Shown: piece by piece, positions 55,898 to 64,000 of the stretch
How positions within the stretch are numbered: the first letter of the stretch is position 1
How the letters are laid out: every line of letters begins with the position of its first letter
Assembly: GCA_046349955.1 (NCBI GenBank)
Contig: JAXMBI010000004.1
Coordinates: forward strand, 28,237 to 92,236
DNA length: 64,000 bases
Direction: 5' to 3'
Source of the DNA: Pirellulales bacterium
GTDB lineage: Bacteria > Planctomycetota > Planctomycetia > Pirellulales > JBGAPH01
The notes under the pieces: generated by a model
The model's database searches: none
Seen by the model: the letters and a program-made list of their open reading frames with translations, nothing else
What the model was told of the DNA's origin: nothing
Translations under genes and position numbers: made by a program

Positions 55898-55929
55898 CCT
55901 GCGGTGGCTGGCCAGATCAGCGGCCCCGG

Positions 55930-57513
55930 TTAGTCCTTGCCTTTGTGTTCCACTTTCGGCCAGTAGGTTTCGAACTCGAAGTGGGGGCTGTTGTCGTGGT
56001 CGTGGCACTTGAGGCAAAGGTTCTGCTCGGCCTCGGCCTTCGTGCGGCGCACGCTCTGGCGGAGTTTGTCTTGCAGCGCCCGGTCAGAACCGCGCTCCGC
56101 CGCGGTGTGCGCGCCGCCGGGGCCGTGGCAGTTCTCGCAGCCGTTGCCGGCCAGCAGCGGCGTTTCGTTCATGCTCAGGAAGCCGGTGGCGTAGGGGAAA
56201 AACTCCTTGGCGTTCCAACCGGTCGAGTGGCAGCTCAGGCATTCGGGGTCGAACTGCCGCGGCGGATCGAGCTTGACGAGCGTGTCGGTGGCCGCAGCGT
56301 GTCCACGGCCATGATCGGAGAACTTGGGCCGGCTCTCCCAAATGCGGAAGGCCTTCTTGTGGCACTCGCCGCAGGCCTTGGCCCCGACGAAGTGCCCGGC
56401 CGGATCGTTGGGCCCGCTGGCGTTGGGATGGACCGAAGGAGTAACGCCGAGCCCGGCCAGGCCCACGGTTTCGAGCTGTTTAAGGTAATCGCGCAACAGT
56501 GCGGTCATCTCCTCGCTGGGCGGAAACCGCGAGTCGAGCGGCACGCGCTGGTAGCGCGGCGGCTTGCCGTCGTCATAAAAGCCGAGCACCACCGCGAACA
56601 TGCTCTTGTGCCCTAGCTCGACGAGCGCACCGCGCTCGCCCAATTTCTGCGGGGCGCGCGGCGGCTCTTCGGCCCCTTCGGCGGTGACCACGATATCGAA
56701 CTGCGGGAACTTGGTGGCGAGCGCCTTCGATTCGCTGGGCGGAGCATCGGCCAACAGCACCAGGTGATCGGCCTTGGCGGCCTCGAGTTCCGGCAGGATC
56801 GCCGCCAGGGCTTCGGCAGGGTCGGTGAAGACCAGGTCCTTTTCGTCGTCGATCGTGACCCGCGTCTGATACTCTTTCCCAAGCACGCTCGTGACGCCGA
56901 TCTTGCGGCCGGCGACTTCGACGATTTTGAACTTGGGCAGTTCCACCCCCGGCATGCTCACGTTCGCGGAGACGAAGAGCGCGGGACGCTCGACGCCGCT
57001 GAATTGCGAAAAGAGGGCGCCGCCGCTCATCAGCCGCAAGTCCTCGACGCCCAGCCCGACCGCGCCGTAGCCGAGCGTTTGCAGCGCGGCGAGGGTTTTG
57101 TCGAACTTGATTTCCGACTGCGGCCCGGCGCGGCGCACCTGATCTCCCAGGTCGAGCGGCAACGGGTTCCAACCGTCGGCGGCCAGCTTCTTGATCAAGC
57201 TGTGGCGGCGGCTCAGCCCTCCCTTTTGGTTCTCGAGCCCCGCGCAGCCGCACGGCTCGAGGTAGCCGAACTGGCCCCCCGTGATGACGAACGAATAGGC
57301 GGGCTTGGGCCAATCTTCGAAAATCGGCCCGTTCTCGTTCACGGGATCGAAGGGCGCCTTGGCCGCGCCGCCGTAGCCTGCCGGCGCAGCGGCCGTTTTC
57401 CCCGGCGGCGTGCCAGGGGGCGTCGAGCTGGGACAGCCGGCGACGCCGGCCATCGTTCCGCCGAGCAACGCGGCCGCCACACACACGTTCCGCAGGGGTC
57501 GACAAACTGGCAT
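55930..57513 (-). CDS. Lipoprotein with an N-terminal metallophosphoesterase/5'-nucleotidase-like region and a C-terminal tetraheme cytochrome c (cytochrome c554-like) domain
   Basis: The ATG at 57513 gives MPVCRPLRNVCVAAALLGGTMAGVAGC (lipobox-like). There are four CxxCH motifs: CGECH, CLSCH, CENCH and CLKCH. Confidence 0.75.
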   Translation of the reverse strand: MPVCRPLRNVCVAAALLGGTMAGVAGCPSSTPPGTPPGKTAAAPAGYGGAAKAPFDPVNENGPIFEDWPKPAYSFVITGGQFGYLEPCGCAGLENQKGGLSRRHSLIKKLAADGWNPLPLDLGDQVRRAGPQSEIKFDKTLAALQTLGYGAVGLGVEDLRLMSGGALFSQFSGVERPALFVSANVSMPGVELPKFKIVEVAGRKIGVTSVLGKEYQTRVTIDDEKDLVFTDPAEALAAILPELEAAKADHLVLLADAPPSESKALATKFPQFDIVVTAEGAEEPPRAPQKLGERGALVELGHKSMFAVVLGFYDDGKPPRYQRVPLDSRFPPSEEMTALLRDYLKQLETVGLAGLGVTPSVHPNASGPNDPAGHFVGAKACGECHKKAFRIWESRPKFSDHGRGHAAATDTLVKLDPPRQFDPECLSCHSTGWNAKEFFPYATGFLSMNETPLLAGNGCENCHGPGGAHTAAERGSDRALQDKLRQSVRRTKAEAEQNLCLKCHDHDNSPHFEFETYWPKVEHKGKD

Positions 57514-57642
57514 GATGGGTCCTTGAGGAAGACGGCGGGGCCTGCGGCAAGAATGCCGGCGCACTCGCGGACTAGCGATAGCCGATTCGCGCGCCGGCGT
57601 CCAGGGCACTCGCCCCAGCCTTCCTACGCGCGGGCGTCTCCG

Positions 57643-58806
57643 CTATTCCCCTTGGGTGGCGAACCGCACGTAGAGCGACAGCGGCTTCCCGTCGGCGCGG
57701 TCGGTCTCGAGCACAATTTGGCCCAGCGGCCCTTGGCTCGAGCCGAGCCGGTTGAGCGGCCGCGTGCCCGGCGGGATCAGGATCTCGAGCGGCAGCACCA
57801 GGTTCTTGGTGCCGCCGAGCTTCTCGGGCGCTCCCAGGACGACCTGCATTTCGGGCGGGTCGACCTTGGCGATGCGGAACTTGCTGGCGTCGTGGTGTCC
57901 GCCCGCCAGGCGGACCTCGAGCCGGCGGCGGGCCCCTTCCTTGCCGGAGACGATGCCCAGGTTCAGCCGCTGGGTCGAGTCGTCCCAGTTCGGTCCGTCG
58001 ATCGAGATGTCGCTCGTCACCTCGCCGCGCGCCAGCAGTTCGACGGGCTTCTCCGCGGCGTTCAACCAAACCTGCAGTCCCTGACGAATGGGGCCCTGCG
58101 GCAAGCCAGGCTTGACCTTGAGCCGGACCAGGAGACCGCTAGTGGCGTCTTCGCGTCCGGTGGCTTCCTTCGCGAGCGGCTCGAACTCGACCTCGAAGTA
58201 GTCCTTGGTCGACGGCTCCGTGAACTCCCACTTCTTCACTTCCAAGGGCGCGGCGCCAAAGCCGAACAGCCGAACCAGCGCGGCCCGCGACTGCTGGAAG
58301 TACATGCGGCCGAATTCGAAGAAGTCGGACTGCGCCTCATACGACTGCACGATGTTCCCCTGCAGCTCGAGCTGTACGAGCAGCCGGCGACGGTCGCTGG
58401 TGTGAATGGGAATCGTCTTGCGGAAGGGGCCGGGCGATTGGTCGGTCGTCCAGCCGACGACCACCTCGGTCGATTCGCCGGGCTGGAGCAGCGACTTCTC
58501 GACGATCGGCGTGGTGCACTTGCAAGGAGGATCGCCCGCCCGCAGCAAGAGCGGGCCCTTGCCCACGTTGCGGAACACATATTTGTGTTCCCCCTTCTGC
58601 CCCCGCTCCATGCGGCCGAAGTCGTATTGCTCGGCCTCCACTTCCACCTGGGGCTGCGGAGAGTTCTCCGGGAGGAGGTCGACCTTGGAATCGCCGTCGA
58701 GCTGAGCTTGGCTCACGAAGTATCCCAGGTCGAAGGCCGAGTGGCCCACGCCCACCGCGACGCCCACGAGCAGCAGCGCCGCCATCAGCAATAGACTCTT
58801 GATCAT
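57643..58806 (-). CDS. DUF1573 domain protein (signal-anchored, multiple Ig-like beta modules)
   Basis: It has an N-terminal TM/signal. YDFGRMERGQKGEHKYVFRNVGKGPLLLRAGDPPCKCTTP matches the DUF1573 signature. Confidence 0.75.
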   Translation of the reverse strand: MIKSLLLMAALLLVGVAVGVGHSAFDLGYFVSQAQLDGDSKVDLLPENSPQPQVEVEAEQYDFGRMERGQKGEHKYVFRNVGKGPLLLRAGDPPCKCTTPIVEKSLLQPGESTEVVVGWTTDQSPGPFRKTIPIHTSDRRRLLVQLELQGNIVQSYEAQSDFFEFGRMYFQQSRAALVRLFGFGAAPLEVKKWEFTEPSTKDYFEVEFEPLAKEATGREDATSGLLVRLKVKPGLPQGPIRQGLQVWLNAAEKPVELLARGEVTSDISIDGPNWDDSTQRLNLGIVSGKEGARRRLEVRLAGGHHDASKFRIAKVDPPEMQVVLGAPEKLGGTKNLVLPLEILIPPGTRPLNRLGSSQGPLGQIVLETDRADGKPLSLYVRFATQGE

Positions 58807-58926
58807 GACAGTCGGCTCCCAGAATTGAACCGGGCGGAATGAAACGAATGAGAACGCCGGCCGTCCGCGTCGATAGATGGGTCGGGAAGGCCGAATACTC
58901 GATTTTCAGCCGCCGGGTGCAAGGTG

Positions 58927-61131
58927 TCAATTCGCCGCGGGCGGGCTGGCGAGGCGGCGCATCGCCTGTTCGGCGTTTTCACCGCTGGGGGCCTGCGGGT
59001 CCTCGAGTTTCTGCCGGGCCAGCTTTTGCTCGGCGTGCGGGTTGAGTCCGTCGAGTTCGAGGGCGCGCGCGGCCTGCGCCGCGGCCTCAGGGTCGCCCGC
59101 CAGGCTGAGCGCCCAGGCCAACCGCGCGTGCCCTAGCGCCCGGTTGGGAAACAACTCGACAGCGCGGCGAAACGCTTCCACCGTTCCCGCCAAGGCCGAC
59201 GCTTCGCCCGCCCGATAGGCCGCCAGCCGCCAGATCCCCACTTGCGACCAGCCGGGCGCCGAGTGCGGATCGAGGGCGAGCATGCGCGCCGCGGCCTGTT
59301 CGAACCGCTGCCAACCGTCGGCGGTGGGCTGGGCGCGCCACGCTTGAAACCGCAACTCGGCCAGGCCGTTCCAAGGCTCAAGCGCACGCGGGTCTGCGGC
59401 GGCGCCGGCAAGGAGCAAGTTCTCAGCCTGAAAGCCATCGCCTTTCGCTGCTGCATCCCGCGCGCGGCGATCGAGCTGTCGCATTCGATACCCAGGCCAA
59501 GTCGAGGTCGACCAACACAGCACCGCGAGGCACAGCCCGCCCAGGCCCAGCGGCCAGCGGAAGGACTTTGGCAGAGTGACCGTTGCCCCAGGGCTTGCCA
59601 GATTGAGGCTCAGCGCCAGCAACAACAGCAGCGAACCCGAAAGGGACGGAAACGCCAAGGCGCCCCCCGCCTGCAAGTTCAAGGCGAGGGCGCCCGCGGC
59701 CAAGAGCGCCGCTCCGGACGGAAAGCGGCCGTTGACGATCCAGGGCCCGTGCAGCGCGCCGACGCCGCTGATCGCCAGGCCGCCCACCAAGCACAGTCGC
59801 AACGACGGCGGCACCTCGGTCCAAGGACCAAGCAGCCAACTGGCGGCAAACCCCACCGCGCCCCCCAACACAACCCAGCGCGGGTCGACAGGCTCCGGGA
59901 CCGTATCGAGCTTCGTGCCCCTGGCCCTGACCACGCTCCAGCCCACTGCCGCTAGCGCCGCCACCAGCATCGCCAGCGCCGGCAACCCAGCGGTCGCCCC
60001 GACTTCGAACAGCAGGTTGTGTGGGTCCGCGATGTTCTCGCTCGCCTGCGGCAGCTTGTAGCGCGGGTAGTTCGCCTGAAAGTTGCCCGGCCCGACGCCC
60101 AACCAGGGATGATCGGCGATGAGCGCGGCGGTCGACTCCCAGTATTCGAGGCGATAGCCGAGCGACTTGCGCGCTTCGGTGAGAAGTTTCAAATCAATCG
60201 CGCCCAGCCACCCCAATCCCGCCAACACCACTGCGCCGCCGAGCAAGATCCCAAGGCCGGCGCCGGCGGCTCGGCGAAGCGGCCAGCCGCGCGCTGCGCT
60301 GTAGACGGCGAGTATGCCTGCACTGGCCAGCCCGGCTAGGTAGCCGCTGCGGCTCTTGGTCAGCACCAGCCCCAGGCCCATAACCGCTGCCGCGGCCAGC
60401 GGCGCGATCCAGGCCGTTGGCGGCCGTCGCGCGAGCGCCGTGACGACGCCGGCCCCGAGCGCGGCCACAGCCCACGCCACCAGGTAACCCGCCAAGGAAT
60501 TGGTGAGCGCGAACGTGGCCACGGGTTCTAAACTGGCCAGCCGCTGTTCGAACAAAAACCGCTCCGGCGAGCCCGGGGGCGCCGAGATGCCGACCTCCTT
60601 GAGCATCTCTTCCGGAGCGCGGGCATACTCAGCGCGCGTCCAGGGCAACTCCCAGCCAAACTGATAGAAGGCATAGGCGGCGAGAAACACTCCTGCGCCA
60701 ACTCCCACGGCCACGGCCGCACGCGCGAGTGGCGGGCGCGAGAGAGTTTGTCGAAATACGAACCAAGCCGCCCCCAATCCCACCCATTCCCACAACATAT
60801 TGAGGGCGGGTCGCGGCGCGCCGGTGCGCAGCGCCGCTAGTCCCGCCAGGCTATGCCAGGCGAGCAGCCCCGCCAGCAGCCAATCTGCGAGCTCCCAGCG
60901 CAGACGCACGGGGCCCCTGCGGGCTGCGGCGATCAGCCAGGCCGACGCGAGGGCAATCCAGGCCACGACGAGCAGTTGTCCGTCTCCGTGGGTCGCGGCG
61001 GCCTCGGCCGGAAACGCCAACCGCGCGGCGAAGAGTCCCAGGGCGATGGAGAGGATGCCGAGTTCCGTCGACTCGAAGCCGCCGCTTACCGGCCGACGGT
61101 GGCTCGCCTTTTGCGTGTGCTTCTGCGCCAT
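58927..61131 (-). CDS. O-antigen ligase/polymerase (Wzy_C)-like polytopic membrane protein with C-terminal TPR repeats
   Basis: The ATG at 61131 opens a protein with about 12 or more hydrophobic segments and the Wzy_C-like loop (TKSRSGYLAGL). A TPR-like C-terminus follows (AWALSLAGDPEAAAQAARALELD...). Confidence 0.7.
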   Translation of the reverse strand: MAQKHTQKASHRRPVSGGFESTELGILSIALGLFAARLAFPAEAAATHGDGQLLVVAWIALASAWLIAAARRGPVRLRWELADWLLAGLLAWHSLAGLAALRTGAPRPALNMLWEWVGLGAAWFVFRQTLSRPPLARAAVAVGVGAGVFLAAYAFYQFGWELPWTRAEYARAPEEMLKEVGISAPPGSPERFLFEQRLASLEPVATFALTNSLAGYLVAWAVAALGAGVVTALARRPPTAWIAPLAAAAVMGLGLVLTKSRSGYLAGLASAGILAVYSAARGWPLRRAAGAGLGILLGGAVVLAGLGWLGAIDLKLLTEARKSLGYRLEYWESTAALIADHPWLGVGPGNFQANYPRYKLPQASENIADPHNLLFEVGATAGLPALAMLVAALAAVGWSVVRARGTKLDTVPEPVDPRWVVLGGAVGFAASWLLGPWTEVPPSLRLCLVGGLAISGVGALHGPWIVNGRFPSGAALLAAGALALNLQAGGALAFPSLSGSLLLLLALSLNLASPGATVTLPKSFRWPLGLGGLCLAVLCWSTSTWPGYRMRQLDRRARDAAAKGDGFQAENLLLAGAAADPRALEPWNGLAELRFQAWRAQPTADGWQRFEQAAARMLALDPHSAPGWSQVGIWRLAAYRAGEASALAGTVEAFRRAVELFPNRALGHARLAWALSLAGDPEAAAQAARALELDGLNPHAEQKLARQKLEDPQAPSGENAEQAMRRLASPPAAN

Positions 61132-61259
61132 GACGTAGGAAGGGTATGTCGCCTGCGCCGGGGGGAAACTTGCTTCGACGTCGCGCGACCGGCCGCCTAC
61201 AATGCGCGTCCCGGCGCAAGCCGGACTTTCGCTCCCACCAGACACTAGCACGTACGACA

Positions 61260-61766
61260 ATGCAAGACACGGTCCGTTCTCTGATGCAGACGCCGCCGAG
61301 AGTGATCGACAGCTCGGCCTCGCTGGCGGAACTCGAACGCGCCTTCCTCGAAACGGGCGTCCGCAGCTTTCCCGTGGTCGAGCGCGGCCGGCTGGTGGGA
61401 ATCGTCAGCCGCAGCGATGTCGTGCGGCAACTGTCGGTCGAACAGACCTTGGCGGAAAACGCCTCTTACGCCGAGCAAGAGGTCAGCGGCTTCGAAGACG
61501 AGCAGGAAGAGGCCGAACAGGCCGACGACCGGGTGGGGGATCAGGTTGGCCAGCGGCTCGAGGGGCTGCACGTGTCCGACGTGATGATTCGCCGCGTTCA
61601 CACGATCGCGCCCGACGCTTCGCTCGGCGAGGCCGCCCAGCTGCTCGTCTCCAAACGCATTCATCAGGCGCCGGTGGTGGAGGGAGACAAGGTGGTCGGC
61701 CTGCTGTCGGCCCTCGATTTCGCCCGCCCCTTCGCCGAGGGCCGCGTGCGCTGGGAGCGGTCATGA
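61260..61766 (+). CDS. CBS-pair domain protein
   Basis: It has two CBS motifs (FPVVERGRLVGIVSRSDV and APVVEGDKVVGLLSALDF) separated by an acidic linker. Confidence 0.8.
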   Translation: MQDTVRSLMQTPPRVIDSSASLAELERAFLETGVRSFPVVERGRLVGIVSRSDVVRQLSVEQTLAENASYAEQEVSGFEDEQEEAEQADDRVGDQVGQRLEGLHVSDVMIRRVHTIAPDASLGEAAQLLVSKRIHQAPVVEGDKVVGLLSALDFARPFAEGRVRWERS

Positions 61767-63232
61767 TCACTCGACGGGCGATGTTGGCGGCGGGGCTGGG
61801 GCTGGCGACGGAGTTGGCCGCCCCCGGTGCGGCGCGATCACAGGCCCTGCCGCAGGGCAACCAGCCGGGGCGCCGCGGGCCATCGCTGCGCGAGCCGCTG
61901 CCGGCCTCCAGAGCGCCGCGCTCGAGCCGGCTGCCGGTGTTCACGGGATCCGTCGACCATTTCGGTTGGGTCGTCGCTCCCACGTCGCGTTTCGTCGACC
62001 TTGTTGCTCCTCCCTGGCCCCTGCACGTCGCGGTGTTTCACGTCTCCGACGACCAAGTGCGGGTCGACGATCCGATTTCCGGGCGGCCGCAGGGACCGGC
62101 GAAGCTGCGACAGGTGATCGCAAAGTTCCGCCAGCACACGCCGCGGGCCGTCGTGGGCGCCTATCTCAGCGGAACGGCGGTCGGCACCCGGGAGATGATC
62201 GCCGAGCGCAAGAGTTGGCCCGCCAATTTGCTCGAGCCGCAGGCGGCGCTGCGCAAATTCCTGATCATTCCGCCGCGCGCGCCAGCTTGCTATGCCACGA
62301 TCAACCTCGATCTGCCCGACGCGCGCCGCATTTGGGCCGAACTGCTCGCTCGGGAGTTGCTCGCCCGTCGGCGGGAGTTTGGCTATCAGCTCGGCTATCT
62401 CGATGAGTTCGCGCACCCGACGGCCGACCCTCGAGGATTCCGCTGGGCCAACACGTGCGACCTCTTGCAGCAGGTTCGCAGGCGGCTGCACGACGAGGGG
62501 ATGGCGCTGGGCATCAACGTCAGCCTGCCGCTGCGTGGCGAACTGCGGGAGGATCTCGATCTCCTGCTGGCGAGCGTCGACTTCATTTCCATCGAGGGCT
62601 TTGCCAGCCGAGAGGTGTGTTCGCAGCAGTTCTTTCCCCAATTAGTCGACAATTTGCGCTACCTGCTGCGGGCGGGACTGGCGATCGGGCTCATTCCGAT
62701 CACCGATCCGGTCGAGAACCGCCGCGGCCGCCGTGTGACCGAAGTGGCCAATGCCCCCGAGGGAGGCCTGCGGGTCGTGTGCGACGGCCCTCATTGGCTG
62801 GCCGACACTGCGACCAAGACCGTGAGGCTGGCGGGGGTGCATGCCGAGCTCGAGGATCTGGCCTTCCCGGCGACCACCGTTTCCGACACGACGTTTGACC
62901 TGCCCTCGGCGCCCCGTGTGGGAACGATCCGGCCCGGCGCCGCGGCCAAGGCCTGGTTCCTGTTCTCGGATTCCGAGCCGACCGCCGCGATGATGTTGAT
63001 CGCCAAATCTCAAGCCGAGGAGCGCGGCTACGTGTTGACCTCGCCGGGGCTCGAGCTGCCTTGGGCCGAATGGCCGCGGACCAAGGGGGTGCGGACTTCC
63101 GACTATTCGATCCGCGAAGTGACGGACGCGGGCCAGGTGAAACTGGTCACCTGCGACTTCGCTGCGGAGCGACTGTTTGTCGATCTGCAGGAGCGGCACG
63201 TGTGGTTCGAACCCCTCACGGCGCGCAAATAG
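61763..63232 (+). CDS. Hypothetical exported protein with a Tat-like signal (possible TIM-barrel glycosidase-like fold)
   Basis: Its ATG overlaps the upstream TGA (ATGA). The product starts MITRRAMLAAGLGLATELAAPGAARSQA, with a T-R-R-x-M-L twin-arginine pattern. No family was firmly recognised. Confidence 0.6.
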   Translation: MITRRAMLAAGLGLATELAAPGAARSQALPQGNQPGRRGPSLREPLPASRAPRSSRLPVFTGSVDHFGWVVAPTSRFVDLVAPPWPLHVAVFHVSDDQVRVDDPISGRPQGPAKLRQVIAKFRQHTPRAVVGAYLSGTAVGTREMIAERKSWPANLLEPQAALRKFLIIPPRAPACYATINLDLPDARRIWAELLARELLARRREFGYQLGYLDEFAHPTADPRGFRWANTCDLLQQVRRRLHDEGMALGINVSLPLRGELREDLDLLLASVDFISIEGFASREVCSQQFFPQLVDNLRYLLRAGLAIGLIPITDPVENRRGRRVTEVANAPEGGLRVVCDGPHWLADTATKTVRLAGVHAELEDLAFPATTVSDTTFDLPSAPRVGTIRPGAAAKAWFLFSDSEPTAAMMLIAKSQAEERGYVLTSPGLELPWAEWPRTKGVRTSDYSIREVTDAGQVKLVTCDFAAERLFVDLQERHVWFEPLTARK

Positions 63233-63276
63233 CGACGCTGCGCCGTCGACGGGGGGCGCGCGGTCCACAAACACCG

Positions 63277-63313
63277 GCAGCCGCCAACCCCTTATATCAA
63301 GGTTGGCGGCTGC
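63277..63313. terminator. Strong hairpin between convergent genes (bidirectional terminator candidate)
   Basis: GCAGCCGCCAACC (63277-63289) and GGTTGGCGGCTGC (63301-63313) form a perfect 13-bp inverted repeat with an 11-nt A/T-rich loop. Confidence 0.6.
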
Positions 63314-63379
63314 GTGCTGCTCTTGATTCGGCGCAGGCGTCCCGGCGAAAGGCGGCCCAGCCGCTCGAGCAAGAGAGCG

Positions 63380-63847
63380 TTAGCGACCGATCGAGGCCGG
63401 GTTGCGGGCCAGGAAGTCGCGCGGCCCGCGGGTCGTGTAGTACGGATAGGTGACCGAGCCAGCGTTCTGCACGTTGTAGCCGTCGCCTGCGTTGGCGGCT
63501 TCTTGGTTGCCAGCCACGCGCTCGGCGTGGTTGCTCGTGTGTCCCGCCGCGCAGTCGCGGCAGCGATTATGCTTGGCCCAGAAGAAGCCCTTATACGGCT
63601 TTCCGCAGCCCTCGCAGGTGCTGCCCCCGCAGCCTCCGCCGCAGTTGCCGCAGCCTCCGCCACAGTTTCCGCAGCCCGGGCTCAGGTAGCCGTCGGTGCT
63701 CCAGTCGCCGCCGCAGCAGGTCTGGTAGCAGCCCGACCACATGCCACAGCCGTCCCAGGAGTGGCAGAACAAACGCTCGAGGGCATAGCAACCGCTCGAG
63801 GTCGAGAGCATGAGGGCCGCGAAGGCGGCCAGCAACAGTCGTCGCAT
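63380..63847 (-). CDS. Exported Cys/Gly-rich protein (possible lipoprotein), 155 aa
   Basis: The ATG at 63847 gives MRRLLLAAFAALMLSTSSGC. There are 15 Cys, including GCGNCGGGCGNCGGGCGG. The C-terminal YPYYTTRGPRDFLARNP motif is one I believe recurs in planctomycetal hypothetical proteins. Confidence 0.6.
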   Translation of the reverse strand: MRRLLLAAFAALMLSTSSGCYALERLFCHSWDGCGMWSGCYQTCCGGDWSTDGYLSPGCGNCGGGCGNCGGGCGGSTCEGCGKPYKGFFWAKHNRCRDCAAGHTSNHAERVAGNQEAANAGDGYNVQNAGSVTYPYYTTRGPRDFLARNPASIGR

Positions 63848-64000
63848 GGTATTTGGATTCCTTTCCACGAGGCTGGGTCTTGCGCTTGGGGTACAGGGCG
63901 CCCGAGGCGGGCGGGCGCTCCCGTAAGCGGGGGTGGCTTCCGGGGGCCGGCGGCGGCCCGCGGCGCGGTTTCGCGCGGCGTTGGCCCGCCAGCAGCAGCC

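Overview
This is a GC-rich bacterial chromosomal segment that looks like Planctomycetota (Pirellulales-like). The lineage markers I can see are a DUF1559 protein with a prepilin-type N-terminus, a PVC-type heme-binding CxxCH/HEAT protein, a DUF1573 protein, dockerin-like Asp repeats, and large exported proteins with an 'LE.LE.R.LL' N-terminus. I call about 47 protein-coding genes. Most are housekeeping or envelope genes: bifunctional AroD/AroE, PBP4, M20 peptidases, an XerD-like recombinase, a PlsC-like acyltransferase, a GT9 heptosyltransferase, an O-antigen-ligase-like protein, SLC13 and AbgT transporters, an IPMDH-family dehydrogenase and a DRG/Obg-like GTPase. Several are large secreted multidomain proteins. 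By eye I found no rRNA, tRNA, CRISPR array, transposase or prophage. All family assignments come from motif recognition on the supplied translations, because no searches could be run. The items most worth a second look are listed here. (1) A bicistronic pair of exported, extremely Cys-rich proteins at 4408-5068, including a 54-aa metallothionein-like peptide that carries a signal peptide. (2) A ~130-bp structured repeat array at 52348-53189, in which one unit is split by a 395-bp lower-GC insertion carrying a small ORF and flanked by a 29-nt duplication. Related palindromic elements lie at 11075, 32563 and 55805. (3) An ExeA-ATPase / Walker-A-degenerate BY-kinase-like / coiled-coil module at 797-4116, together with a Cys-free, PEP-CTERM-tagged C-type lectin with intact EPN/WND motifs at 21812-22618. 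(4) A predicted pseudokinase plus zinc-ribbon membrane protein operon at 28137-32501. I cannot show that any of these is a new system; they are hypotheses to test. Many long ORFs in the six-frame track are antisense shadows of real genes, which is typical of high-GC DNA, and I rejected them.
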